A stretch of DNA of 60,208 bases from a virus (taxonomy: Duplodnaviria > Caudoviricetes), in the IMG/VR virus record IMGVR_UViG_3300046374_000002, positions 1 through 60,208 of that record, one strand, 5' to 3'. Positions 16,731 to 25,635 of the stretch are shown in pieces. The notes under the pieces are model-generated. The model saw only the letters and a list, made by a program, of their open reading frames with translations. It was not told the origin of the DNA and ran no database searches. The position numbers and the translations under genes are program-made. The number at the start of each line of letters is the position of its first letter. The stretch's first letter is position 1.

Positions 16731-17297
16731 TCATGATGTTACATGATCTATCCAAAAGCTAGGTACAATTAAGTCGGCATCTATCTTTGTTGCAATGTGT
16801 GCATCGAGTGTTGCTCGATAGATAATTCCAGCTATGTTAACTGCTATGTCAGGTTGCAACAATGCGGCATCTGGCATATAGGTCAACCATACTTTCCTAA
16901 GTCCCAAGTACTTAATGAATGGTAGAAACTTAGGTTCCCAATAAGTATTAACTATAGTGGAAAAGATAGATGGTCCGACTAATATTTCACCAGCTAACTT
17001 CCCCATTCCTATTACTACACATGGTTGATTAACTCTAATGAATTCAGTTAGTTCATCTATATATGGAGCTAAGAAGTCCCTTCGAAGATACGCTTTGGTA
17101 GGAATAGTTTTCTTCTGTCCTGGATACACATAGGTATGGACCCATTTATCTATAGGTATCGACCATCTTTTAATTATCCACTTTAGGACTATCCCCGCCG
17201 GATGTACTAGCTTTCTCCTCTGTTGCATCTCTTCCCAATTCATCTCCGATAGTACTAGTAATAGTTTCAAGTCCTGCTGCGGCTGCAACATCTTCAT
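16731..17297 (-). CDS. uracil-DNA glycosylase-like fold protein (degenerate)
   Basis: PAGIVLKWII; FIRVNQPCVVIGMGKLA; TYMPDAAL in place of family-4 TYHPAA.L; lies upstream of the polymerase. Confidence 0.6.
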   Translation of the reverse strand: MKMLQPQQDLKLLLVLSEMNWEEMQQRRKLVHPAGIVLKWIIKRWSIPIDKWVHTYVYPGQKKTIPTKAYLRRDFLAPYIDELTEFIRVNQPCVVIGMGKLAGEILVGPSIFSTIVNTYWEPKFLPFIKYLGLRKVWLTYMPDAALLQPDIAVNIAGIIYRATLDAHIATKIDADLIVPSFWIDHVTS

Positions 17298-17523
17298 TTA
17301 GTTTGTTAGCTCTAATGTTCCTGATTAAAGTTATGTATTGTAGTGTTTCTTGAGTGTTAGCAATAAACTCTCTATCTTTTGGTGATCTAGGTTTATTCTG
17401 TTTTTCTTCTCTTCGGATGATCCCTACTAGTTTTCTGTTGAAATAGTAGTTCATCGCGTCTACTAGTATTTCTAGCTGTCTTAGACTTAGTGGTACTTTC
17501 TCTACTATACTTTTTAAGTCCAT
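17170..17523 (-). CDS. hypothetical protein
   Basis: 117 aa ORF with long overlaps on both sides. Confidence 0.55.
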   Translation of the reverse strand: MDLKSIVEKVPLSLRQLEILVDAMNYYFNRKLVGIIRREEKQNKPRSPKDREFIANTQETLQYITLIRNIRANKLNEDVAAAAGLETITSTIGDELGRDATEEKASTSGGDSPKVDN

Positions 17524-17731
17524 ATAATTCCTTTGTTAGTTGTTGTCTTGTTAGTTCTACTTCCTCATCATTTCTAGCAAATTTCACTCTTTCTTCTTTG
17601 TCCATCATTAGAAAATATGCTAGCCAACCTAACCATTTGACTGCTAGCTTATCGTAAGGACTAGCAGCCATATGATACTTCGCTTCAATTATCTTTGCGA
17701 AGTCAATGTACTCCTTTGATTGTTCCTGCAT
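17393..17731 (-). CDS. hypothetical protein
   Basis: 112 aa ORF. Confidence 0.55.
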   Translation of the reverse strand: MQEQSKEYIDFAKIIEAKYHMAASPYDKLAVKWLGWLAYFLMMDKEERVKFARNDEEVELTRQQLTKELYGLKKYSRESTTKSKTARNTSRRDELLFQQKTSRDHPKRRKTE

Positions 17732-17751
17732 TTACAGCCTTATAAAAGACC

Positions 17752-18054
17752 TTAGTACCTTTTACCTTTCCGTACTGCTTTCGCATAGCTCGTAGGATCT
17801 TCCTCCCTTTCGGAGTTAGTGGCATATGTATCACCTCCTTCATCAATATAACGTAAATGTCTACCTAACAAATAGTATAAATCTCCTGTCATTCCTAATG
17901 CATCGAATATCTTAGCTGGAATATTCTCTTTCTCTGATAGTATAGCATATAGCACATGCTCTACTCCTACATATCCATGTCCTCTATTAGATGATTCCTT
18001 TTCTGCTATTTCTAATATCTTGTTAAGTCTAGGTGTCATTCTCGTTCTGTTCAT
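17752..18054 (-). CDS. stand-alone Clp N-terminal (Clp repeat) domain protein
   Basis: MTPRLNKILEIAEKES...GHGYVGVEHVLYAIL matches the ClpA/B/C N-domain repeat. Confidence 0.85.
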   Translation of the reverse strand: MNRTRMTPRLNKILEIAEKESSNRGHGYVGVEHVLYAILSEKENIPAKIFDALGMTGDLYYLLGRHLRYIDEGGDTYATNSEREEDPTSYAKAVRKGKRY

Positions 18055-18074
18055 GTTAGTTAGTTAGTCCAAAC

Positions 18075-18171
18075 TTTGGGGAGTAGGAATTCCACCTACC
18101 AAGCTTGTGGGTTATCTCAATCTAAGTCGAATAGTTGAATAAAGCTAGCATGTAGACAACATGTCCCCAAA
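18075..18171 (-). ncRNA. cloverleaf-like intergenic structured RNA
   Basis: TTTGGGGA/TCCCCAAA closing stem; CATGT/ACATG hairpin; AGCTT/AAGCT arm; GTAGG(TGGAATT)CCTAC T-arm-like hairpin. Confidence 0.5.
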
Positions 18172-18188
18172 TTGTTAGATGTTAGTTA

Positions 18189-18902
18189 TTAGAACTTAAC
18201 GTTTTCTCTATACTCCTGAACAACTTCGTTGTCACATTTACCAACTATGTTAACAGTTTGGTAATCATTTCCTTCCCACTTGCGATAGGAAATCTTGACT
18301 AACACTCCGTATTGTTCGTTAGTAATATCGTCAAGGATTTCTATTAGTTCATCCTCATCAGCAGGCTTTTCATAACCTAGTTTTGCTAGGTCATTATATA
18401 GAGTCCTAACTCCACCTCCAACAGGTTCATCATTCTCATCTAGCAATTTTCTCCAAGCAGCGACATTGTTAGCTTCGCTGAATCGAGGATCACATAGATC
18501 GAAGTTAAACCTAACTGATTGTCCCCTAGCATCGGCATCTTGAAGCACACCAGCACGAAGGATAGCTTCATAGGTTGCAGGTGGTAGGTCATCAGCATTG
18601 TTAGTCATAGGTACAGCAGCAAAAGCCTGTGACAGTGCAGACTTCGATTTGCTAGCCTTAGTGCCTAATCCTTCTGTTCTTTTCTTAGTTGTTGCCCTAA
18701 CTGGTCTTCTAACTTCTTCCTCTTTTTCTTCATCAGTTTCTTCAAGGTCAGGATCTACTTCATCCTCTGCTTCATTAACATCCTCCTCATCTTCCTCTAC
18801 AGGTTTAGGATTACGTTTTTGTTGCATCTTCTTAGCTAGTCCTGCTAGCTTTGACGAAGCTGGATTTCTTTCGATTGGTTTGACTAACTTTTTCTTTATC
18901 AT
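18189..18902 (-). CDS. DUF669-like single-stranded DNA-binding protein
   Basis: DDLPPATYEAI...VRFNFDL...VLVKISYRKWEGNDYQTVNIV; directly downstream of the Sak4-like ATPase; charged N-terminal tail. Confidence 0.6.
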   Translation of the reverse strand: MIKKKLVKPIERNPASSKLAGLAKKMQQKRNPKPVEEDEEDVNEAEDEVDPDLEETDEEKEEEVRRPVRATTKKRTEGLGTKASKSKSALSQAFAAVPMTNNADDLPPATYEAILRAGVLQDADARGQSVRFNFDLCDPRFSEANNVAAWRKLLDENDEPVGGGVRTLYNDLAKLGYEKPADEDELIEILDDITNEQYGVLVKISYRKWEGNDYQTVNIVGKCDNEVVQEYRENVKF

Positions 18903-19842
18903 AACTTTGTTTTGACTGTGTTTGACTATCTGTTTCTGTTTCTGTTTCTGCTAGGTCTTCCTCGACAGTTTCATCCTGCCTACCCTTATATAACCTAACA
19001 AATTCTAATTCCGCTTCCTTACCTGCTTCTGGATTTCTACTAAAGAAGCTAGCCCATTGATTCCAAGGTGGACTATCACTAGTCCTAGTTGGAGGCGTAA
19101 CTATATATTTGTTAGGTAAATAAACCTTTCTAACCCTAGCTCCCGCCATAAGGTAGTCTGTTCCATCAAAGCTAATATATCGATCTCTATCCTTTTGTCC
19201 ATGTCGTCGCCTAGCAAAAAACCCATGCATAATAACATCACTTTGCGTATGTGCGAAATGTTGTATCTTTCCAGGTAAGCTAGTTTCACGTTTAGCTCTT
19301 TTCTTACCAAATTTATCTTCATCTTCTTTTTTCTGACTATGAGTAATAGCAGCAACACCTAATCCTAATCTTACTAGTCTACTATAAAACATCCTAACTG
19401 GACGGGTTTGTAGTACGTCCCAACCTCTACCCCAATCTCCTCCTTCAGATGGATGATCGACATGTGCTAATGCGCAATGATAGTCACTAGCCATCTTTGC
19501 ACACATATCAAGTGTATCAAGTACAACCATATTATATGGACAGTTAACTTCTAACTCATCTATTAACTCCATTGCTGAAGTATAGACAACTCCATCTTCA
19601 TCTATATCCCATCCTTCTTTCTTTTCCTTATATGATCTATCCCAACTATTTATAACTATCTTGGGACAGTCGATCTCTGAATAGCCTGCTTCAAAGGCTA
19701 TTTCACACACTCCAGGACAACCACTGAAGAATGTAGTTTTACCCCATTTAGGTGGACCTATCAATAGGTATTTCAAGTTATTTGGTTTCTTGCTAATAGG
19801 TCTACCCATAAGAGGCAAAGGACTTTCGTTGTTAGATTTCAT
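18832..19842 (-). CDS. AAA_24 / Sak4-like ATPase (recombination)
   Basis: LIGPPKWGKT; VVLDTLD; AITH. Confidence 0.8.
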   Translation of the reverse strand: MKSNNESPLPLMGRPISKKPNNLKYLLIGPPKWGKTTFFSGCPGVCEIAFEAGYSEIDCPKIVINSWDRSYKEKKEGWDIDEDGVVYTSAMELIDELEVNCPYNMVVLDTLDMCAKMASDYHCALAHVDHPSEGGDWGRGWDVLQTRPVRMFYSRLVRLGLGVAAITHSQKKEDEDKFGKKRAKRETSLPGKIQHFAHTQSDVIMHGFFARRRHGQKDRDRYISFDGTDYLMAGARVRKVYLPNKYIVTPPTRTSDSPPWNQWASFFSRNPEAGKEAELEFVRLYKGRQDETVEEDLAETETETDSQTQSKQSYDKEKVSQTNRKKSSFVKASRTS

Positions 19843-19852
19843 AACGTTATGA
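19839..19852. repeat. dispersed palindrome, copy 7 (stop and start junction)
   Basis: Upstream ORF ends KKS*; downstream ORF begins MKS. Confidence 0.95.
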
Positions 19853-20041
19853 TTTCTTTCCTATCTTCTTTCTTTTATCTTGTATTGAGATCTTACCTTT
19901 AATTCTACAAATCCTAACTATACATCCCCTAGTATCATTAATCCATAATACCTTTCCATCTTGTCTTATTAGTATCACTACTAACTCTGCTCCAGTTATG
20001 TCTACAGGATTTCTAATTTCTACTTCAACTAGATTAGTCAT
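19847..20041 (-). CDS. hypothetical protein
   Basis: 64 aa ORF, translationally coupled to neighbours. Confidence 0.6.
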   Translation of the reverse strand: MTNLVEVEIRNPVDITGAELVVILIRQDGKVLWINDTRGCIVRICRIKGKISIQDKRKKIGKKS

Positions 20042-20403
20042 GGTACTAGTCCTTCCCTAACCATTTTAACTACTGCTTCATGTCCTTTGCTAGCTTCATC
20101 CCATGTAGCATAACGCCAACAATAACCTTCTACAGCTTTTTCTCCTTCCTCTTTAAAGATCATAGTTTCAAACCATTGTGGTTCTCCTTTATTAATCCAA
20201 GCATGATTCATTGTTAGGAATACAGTACTAACAAGAAAGTTATTAATTTCAGTTCTACCTACTCTTCTATATTTATCTGGATCTTTGAAAGATAGTTCTA
20301 TCCATTCCGCCCATTCTATCATGTTAGCAGTTCTAATCTCATGGGTTACTTCATCTAGTATTCCATGATAACCTCTGATCTTATAGAGATCTAACATGTT
20401 CAT
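20038..20403 (-). CDS. conserved phage hypothetical protein
   Basis: VSTVFL..NH...P.WFETMIF...RYATWDEA..GH is a common phage motif. Confidence 0.75.
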   Translation of the reverse strand: MNMLDLYKIRGYHGILDEVTHEIRTANMIEWAEWIELSFKDPDKYRRVGRTEINNFLVSTVFLTMNHAWINKGEPQWFETMIFKEEGEKAVEGYCWRYATWDEASKGHEAVVKMVREGLVP

Positions 20404-20413
20404 AACGTTATGA
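20400..20413. repeat. dispersed palindrome, copy 8 (stop and start junction)
   Basis: Upstream ORF ends KKS*; downstream ORF begins MNM. Confidence 0.95.
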
Positions 20414-20647
20414 TTTCTTTTCCATCCTTTCTTTCAGATCCATATATGTTAGGCAACAACTAGTTACCATTAACGAAGAATATCCTTTCTCTTCTAACCA
20501 AATTTTAAAACGTTTTACTCCCATGTCAGAAACAGCAGCTAACTCCATTGCTTTTCTTAGATTCATAGGTTCCTTTTCTTCATTGTTAGTGTTAGTCTTT
20601 CTCATGTTGTCTGCTAGTAATATAGCATAATTACTAGCAATAGTCAA
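20408..20647 (-). CDS. hypothetical protein
   Basis: ORF ending in the palindrome; start uncertain. Confidence 0.5.
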   Translation of the reverse strand: MTIASNYAILLADNMRKTNTNNEEKEPMNLRKAMELAAVSDMGVKRFKIWLEEKGYSSLMVTSCCLTYMDLKERMEKKS

Positions 20648-20682
20648 TTTCTAAATAATCCCCATAGGTTTTTCGGGAGTTA

Positions 20683-20925
20683 TTAACTATCTCCTATATT
20701 AGTAGGTGGTTCTTCGATTGTTAGCTTGGGAGCATTCTGTAACACTAACAATACTGTCTCTAACATTCGTATAACTTCCTTTTGATCTCCTCTAAAAGTA
20801 CAATAGTATCCTTTATCTGGCCAGCCTCCAATGCTACAACGAAGGCATAGAGGATCATCTTGATATCTAGATAAGCTAACATTAATCATTTTCTTTTTCC
20901 TTTTCTTCTTCATGTGTTGCAACAA
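20683..20925 (-). CDS. hypothetical protein
   Basis: ORF; probable start at MINVS. Confidence 0.55.
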   Translation of the reverse strand: MLQHMKKKRKKKMINVSLSRYQDDPLCLRCSIGGWPDKGYYCTFRGDQKEVIRMLETVLLVLQNAPKLTIEEPPTNIGDS

Positions 20926-21067
20926 AATCCATTAACCTCATCAAATCTGATGTATCCAATATTAGGAGAGGTTCTATCATTTCAGCAGGTAATTCGAGAT
21001 ATACTGCACCTAAGTATTTTCCTTCTCTATATATTTTATACAGTTCCATTGTTAGTACTTTCTCCAT
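20882..21067 (-). CDS. hypothetical protein
   Basis: 61 aa ORF. Confidence 0.5.
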   Translation of the reverse strand: MEKVLTMELYKIYREGKYLGAVYLELPAEMIEPLLILDTSDLMRLMDFVATHEEEKEKEND

Positions 21068-22655
21068 GCCATTTAGTATTATAAGACTCTACCCATATTA
21101 ACTTTCTAAGTTCACGCTTTGGACCATAGGCTTGACGCTTAGGATGTCCACAAACCCAATGTGGACTAGTATGTATACCAGTAGGAAGTGTTAGTCCTTT
21201 CAACTTAGCTATACTCTCGCGAAATTGAGTTACACAATCACCTACAAATTTAGCTTTATATAGTCCAGCTATTAGACGCTGACCTTCCATTCTAGGTTTA
21301 CGGATTACATCATCTTCCTTCGGTTTCAATACATCAGGTATAATTTCATAGCTACTCATAATCATAAGTACACGCAAAGCTAGTGTTAGCATTTTGTTAG
21401 TAAACTCTGTATCTAGATCATCTGATTTTAGAGTAGTAATCAATGGTTTAAATCCTACTCTATCTAACATTTGCTTGATAGTTATTTGATTTAATGGAGT
21501 AGTTCCTGCATATGCTAGTGGTCCTTCTGCACATTCAAAATCAAGATTACCACTAACACCCATTCCTGTCATATGACTAGTTTGTGCAATTACTTTATAG
21601 TCTCCCCATTCATCTAAAATTTCCTCTATGAAATCTTGATGCAATTGATACTTAACTCCTTGTTCTGCTTTAACTATGTCTAGATACATTAACGAACATT
21701 CTTCACCTTGCCGTTTAATAGTTAGGAATCCTTTAGGTAGATAGACTCTAATACTAGGAAAAGTCCATTGAATCATGTCTATCTCTAAGTCTAATGGTAA
21801 CTTACCCTTGGTTATCTTTTCTGCTACTTCTCTTTCTAAGTATAATGTAGGACGTTCGTAATCGAGTGCTCGCAATAGAGCTATCCATTGGGTATTTAGT
21901 ACTTCATCTCTTCCTCTATTAGATGCTTGTTGGGTATACTCCATTATGAAATCTAACATTAGATAATCACAAGCTTCCTGTGAAACATAATCTTCCTGTC
22001 TCCATTGTGGTAGTATATACCTCTTATTCATAATAGCTCGCCATAGTGCAGGCATATGTTTCTGTGCATGTTTCAAACTCTCCTGACACTTTCTCATGTA
22101 GTCTTTAGTCTTAACTCTCCTAACAGGTTCTAATTTACCTATCGCTTTCTCTACTTCACTCCACGGACTACCTTTTGGGATAGTTACTCCTAATGATTCT
22201 GGTTTAGGTAAGTCTCCATAGCCTGCTTCCTTTAATGTACCTGTTAGGTCTAATTTACCTTCTAAGTAAGCGTCCTTCATTCTCTCGATACGTTCTGGAT
22301 CTATAGGATTATCCCATTCTATACCTTTGCTCTTATACTCTAAACGCTTAGGTATTACTAGCTTCCTATCACAATCAGTACAACACCTACCTTCTTTAAT
22401 AGGTCTAGCATTATGTCCATAGTCATTATATGTATTGTAACATAGACAACATGTTCCATTTTTGTTAACTATAAAATCACCTAGAAATTTAGTTTTCTTT
22501 ATAGCTTCTATTTCCTCTGGTGTAGCCTTAGCAATCCATATAGAAGGATTCTCTATGTCCTTAGATAGTTCTTCCCATAGTTCCTTAGCTCTATCTTCAC
22601 CTACTGCTTCTCTTAAATCTCGAAGGAGATTTTCATCTTTATCTTTATTAGTCAT
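21036..22655 (-). CDS. large hypothetical protein with Zn-finger and a C-terminal PHW..GH...Q.YG motif
   Basis: CCLC...GHNARP...GRCCTDCD; SPHWVCGHPKRQAYGPKRELRKLIWV. Confidence 0.75.
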   Translation of the reverse strand: MTNKDKDENLLRDLREAVGEDRAKELWEELSKDIENPSIWIAKATPEEIEAIKKTKFLGDFIVNKNGTCCLCYNTYNDYGHNARPIKEGRCCTDCDRKLVIPKRLEYKSKGIEWDNPIDPERIERMKDAYLEGKLDLTGTLKEAGYGDLPKPESLGVTIPKGSPWSEVEKAIGKLEPVRRVKTKDYMRKCQESLKHAQKHMPALWRAIMNKRYILPQWRQEDYVSQEACDYLMLDFIMEYTQQASNRGRDEVLNTQWIALLRALDYERPTLYLEREVAEKITKGKLPLDLEIDMIQWTFPSIRVYLPKGFLTIKRQGEECSLMYLDIVKAEQGVKYQLHQDFIEEILDEWGDYKVIAQTSHMTGMGVSGNLDFECAEGPLAYAGTTPLNQITIKQMLDRVGFKPLITTLKSDDLDTEFTNKMLTLALRVLMIMSSYEIIPDVLKPKEDDVIRKPRMEGQRLIAGLYKAKFVGDCVTQFRESIAKLKGLTLPTGIHTSPHWVCGHPKRQAYGPKRELRKLIWVESYNTKWHGESTNNGTV

Positions 22656-22758
22656 GTTAGTTTCTTATTATTTTCTAGTCATTAATGCTATTAAATTTCC
22701 GGCTAGACTTCTTGCTAGTGCTTTCTTTCGAGGTTTTCTATTCCTCTTTCGACTAGCT

Positions 22759-23016
22759 TTAGCTATTATTCGTTTCGCTTTTTTCGTTGTCATGTAGTGG
22801 ATAGATTTGATATTCTGCTTTTGGTAATTCCTTTCTTCTAACTAATTCTCGCTCGACTAACAATCCTTGAATTTCGGCAGCTATTGTCATCCTATATACT
22901 TCCTCATCATGTCCTAATCCTTTCATCTGATAAAATTCGTTAGCAAGACCTATCGATCCTCGAATGATGATGGCTAGTTGTTCTGTAGTAAACATGAAAA
23001 TATTATCTTCATCCAT
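22759..23016 (-). CDS. hypothetical protein
   Basis: 85 aa ORF overlapping the nuclease stop. Confidence 0.6.
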   Translation of the reverse strand: MDEDNIFMFTTEQLAIIIRGSIGLANEFYQMKGLGHDEEVYRMTIAAEIQGLLVERELVRRKELPKAEYQIYPLHDNEKSETNNS

Positions 23017-24067
23017 TTCCTACCTCTGGTTCAACTTCTACTAATTCCTGATGCTTAACATTCCTCTTGTAATATTCTCCTAACATTATAGTCCCATCTT
23101 TGCACAAAGGCAAATACTCACAGAATGAGTTATAGATATGACAATGTGCTGTATTCATTGCTAGAGTTAACGAACCTAACACATTAGTATTAATATCTAT
23201 TCCCTTCTTCTGCATTAGAATGAATACATCCAAATGAGGCTCTAACATTTCTGTTTCAAACCTATTTAATATTCCTTGTACTAAAGGCATTCGTTGTCGA
23301 TAGAAATACTTCGCCTGATTATCTCTAAACTCATGCCTTACTCTTGTTAGGTATTCCTTAACACTCTCTTTTTCTTTAGTCTTTCTATTTGTTATCCTAG
23401 GTCTTAGCAAGGTCTTAGCTAGTCCATTAACCATTATTCCCGCCGGATTAATACCAGTTGCTCGCCAGTATAACCAACAATAATATAGAAACTGAAATCG
23501 AAAACTCCAAGCATCTAACATAGTTGCATCAAATCTACCACTAGTTTTCCAATCCCAGATGAACTGTCCATCTCGATTGTTAGGATTAGCTACTAGATCT
23601 ATTCTACCAGATAATTTGATTCCTTTCCAACTAACTTCATAATCAGTCTCGACAGATCTAACAAATAGAAAGCTATCCTCTTTGTAATAGTACCATCGAT
23701 AAGCATCAAAAGCATACTGAACCTTAGCTTTTACTAGTTCTAATTCATAAGTATCATCAGGAGTTAATACTATATCTTCATCTAATTCCAATGGTGGAAT
23801 TTGTAAGTACTCTTCCTTTGGAGATAAACCATAGTGTCCACTCTTATATAACTTTGCTAATGCACTATGCATTAAAGTTCCATATACTAAATGGTAGCTA
23901 ACTGCTGCCATTCGATTCAGTTTTAGAGCATACCTATAGAACCATTTGCGAGGACATGCTGCTCTAGTCATTATCTCACTCTGAGTAACTACATCTTGCG
24001 AAGCAGCTTGTATAGCCAATCGCGAGTTTGTATCTAACCAAAAACTCTTAGGTCGTATCTTTTTCAT
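23009..24067 (-). CDS. PD-(D/E)XK nuclease (Cas4/RecB-like exonuclease)
   Basis: CPRKW, GTLMH, GRIDL, WDWKT and C-terminal C...C.Y...C. Confidence 0.88.
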   Translation of the reverse strand: MKKIRPKSFWLDTNSRLAIQAASQDVVTQSEIMTRAACPRKWFYRYALKLNRMAAVSYHLVYGTLMHSALAKLYKSGHYGLSPKEEYLQIPPLELDEDIVLTPDDTYELELVKAKVQYAFDAYRWYYYKEDSFLFVRSVETDYEVSWKGIKLSGRIDLVANPNNRDGQFIWDWKTSGRFDATMLDAWSFRFQFLYYCWLYWRATGINPAGIMVNGLAKTLLRPRITNRKTKEKESVKEYLTRVRHEFRDNQAKYFYRQRMPLVQGILNRFETEMLEPHLDVFILMQKKGIDINTNVLGSLTLAMNTAHCHIYNSFCEYLPLCKDGTIMLGEYYKRNVKHQELVEVEPEVGNG

Positions 24068-24243
24068 GGTAGTTCTATGTTCATTGCCTTTAGATATTTA
24101 GCTAATGCCGCATTAGCAATCCTAAGCTTTTCTTCAGCTTCCTCGATTCTCCATTTGACCATTAATAGATAGACATTAGGATCTTCTAAATCTGGTATTT
24201 CCATTTGTGTTAGTTTGTTAGTCATTTCTTTTCTTTCTTTCTT

Positions 24244-25578
24244 TTATTCTGGATCCCATGTTTGTGAATTTATTTTTGTTTCTTTCTCTTTCTTTACTTC
24301 ATTTAATATATTTCTAACTATCTGTTCTTTCGTTCTATTCTCTTCAATTCCCATGTAGACTGTTCCATCAGGAAATTTATTAGTCGATAGAAAATAGTAG
24401 TAAGCACATTTGTGGAGAGAGGACTTTCTGTTAGTTCTACCCCTAGCCTGTTGCACATTAAGTGCAGAGAAACTGGACGAATAGAATATACTATATCTAA
24501 TGTTAGTGAAGTCATTAAGACTAGCACCACTTCCAACAGTAGCAATAGTAATCTTGATTTTCCCATCTCTCCAACCGAAGACATCAAATCTACCATCACC
24601 AGTGAGTAACGTAGTTTTCCAAGGCAATGCTTCAGATAGAATATTAGCTGTTTTCCTGAATCCAACCCATATAAGTAGTTGTTGTTCTCCCGCATCAAAC
24701 AACTCGGTACATAGCTCTTTGAGTCTGCTAATCTTGCTAGATTTGATAGGTAGATAATCTCCTTCGCTAACTCGGAGGAAACCATCCGATACTTGTAATA
24801 GTTTAATGATAAGACTAACAGCAGCCTTAATTTCAAGCGTATCATAACTCCATGTCTTTAATAATTGTTTCCTAACTTCTAATTGTTGTTTAGTAGGTTC
24901 TATATGTATAGGTATATCTCGAATCGCTCTTCTCTCTTTCGGAAAGTAAACACTAACATTCTCATATAATCTCTGTTGAATAGCTTCTACTGCACCTTTC
25001 TTTGGATACCTATCGATGAATCCTGCCCAATTCTTAGCCTCAACCATAAACTGAGTTCGAAAGCTAGTCATGCTTCTAGCTATCTTTTCCTCAATATTCA
25101 TAGCTTTAGCTTGACCATATAAGTCCTCCAGATTTCCAGCAGTCATTAATGATCCTGACAATCCTATGCTAGGCACTCGTCTAGTTAGTTCTTTTGCTCG
25201 TTTAGATCTGGTAGACTTAGGATTCTTATACATCCATAGTTCATCTAATATAAGACAGTTAAACCTCTCTCTATCTAACTCTAATGATCCACTATAGCTA
25301 AGTGTAGCAAAGCTTTGAAATACTGGTTTAATATATTTGTCTAATCCTAACAAATCTATTTCATCTAACCATTGTCGAAATGCACTTGGACTACATATCA
25401 CTAATGGTCGTGGATCATGATCTAATACTAGCAAACTCCAAGCTAATGCTATCCTAGTCTTACCTTCACCAACCTTCCACCAAACTATACCATTCTCTCC
25501 ATTAGTCTTAGATAACTTATAGGCTGCTGCTAGTTGTTCATCTGTTAATTCGATTTCAATTTCCATATATACACACAA
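24244..25578 (-). CDS. SF2 (SNF2-like) helicase
   Basis: VGEGKT, LILDE, LSGS, GASLN, QARGRTNR. Confidence 0.85.
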   Translation of the reverse strand: MCVYMEIEIELTDEQLAAAYKLSKTNGENGIVWWKVGEGKTRIALAWSLLVLDHDPRPLVICSPSAFRQWLDEIDLLGLDKYIKPVFQSFATLSYSGSLELDRERFNCLILDELWMYKNPKSTRSKRAKELTRRVPSIGLSGSLMTAGNLEDLYGQAKAMNIEEKIARSMTSFRTQFMVEAKNWAGFIDRYPKKGAVEAIQQRLYENVSVYFPKERRAIRDIPIHIEPTKQQLEVRKQLLKTWSYDTLEIKAAVSLIIKLLQVSDGFLRVSEGDYLPIKSSKISRLKELCTELFDAGEQQLLIWVGFRKTANILSEALPWKTTLLTGDGRFDVFGWRDGKIKITIATVGSGASLNDFTNIRYSIFYSSSFSALNVQQARGRTNRKSSLHKCAYYYFLSTNKFPDGTVYMGIEENRTKEQIVRNILNEVKKEKETKINSQTWDPE

Positions 25579-25615
25579 TTAGCCATTGATAGCAAGCTAT
25601 CGCATGGCCATGATT

Positions 25616-25629
25616 TCATAACGTTATGA
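25616..25629. repeat. dispersed palindrome, copy 9
   Basis: Exact 14-mer; intergenic. Confidence 0.95.
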
Positions 25630-25635
25630 TTTTAT

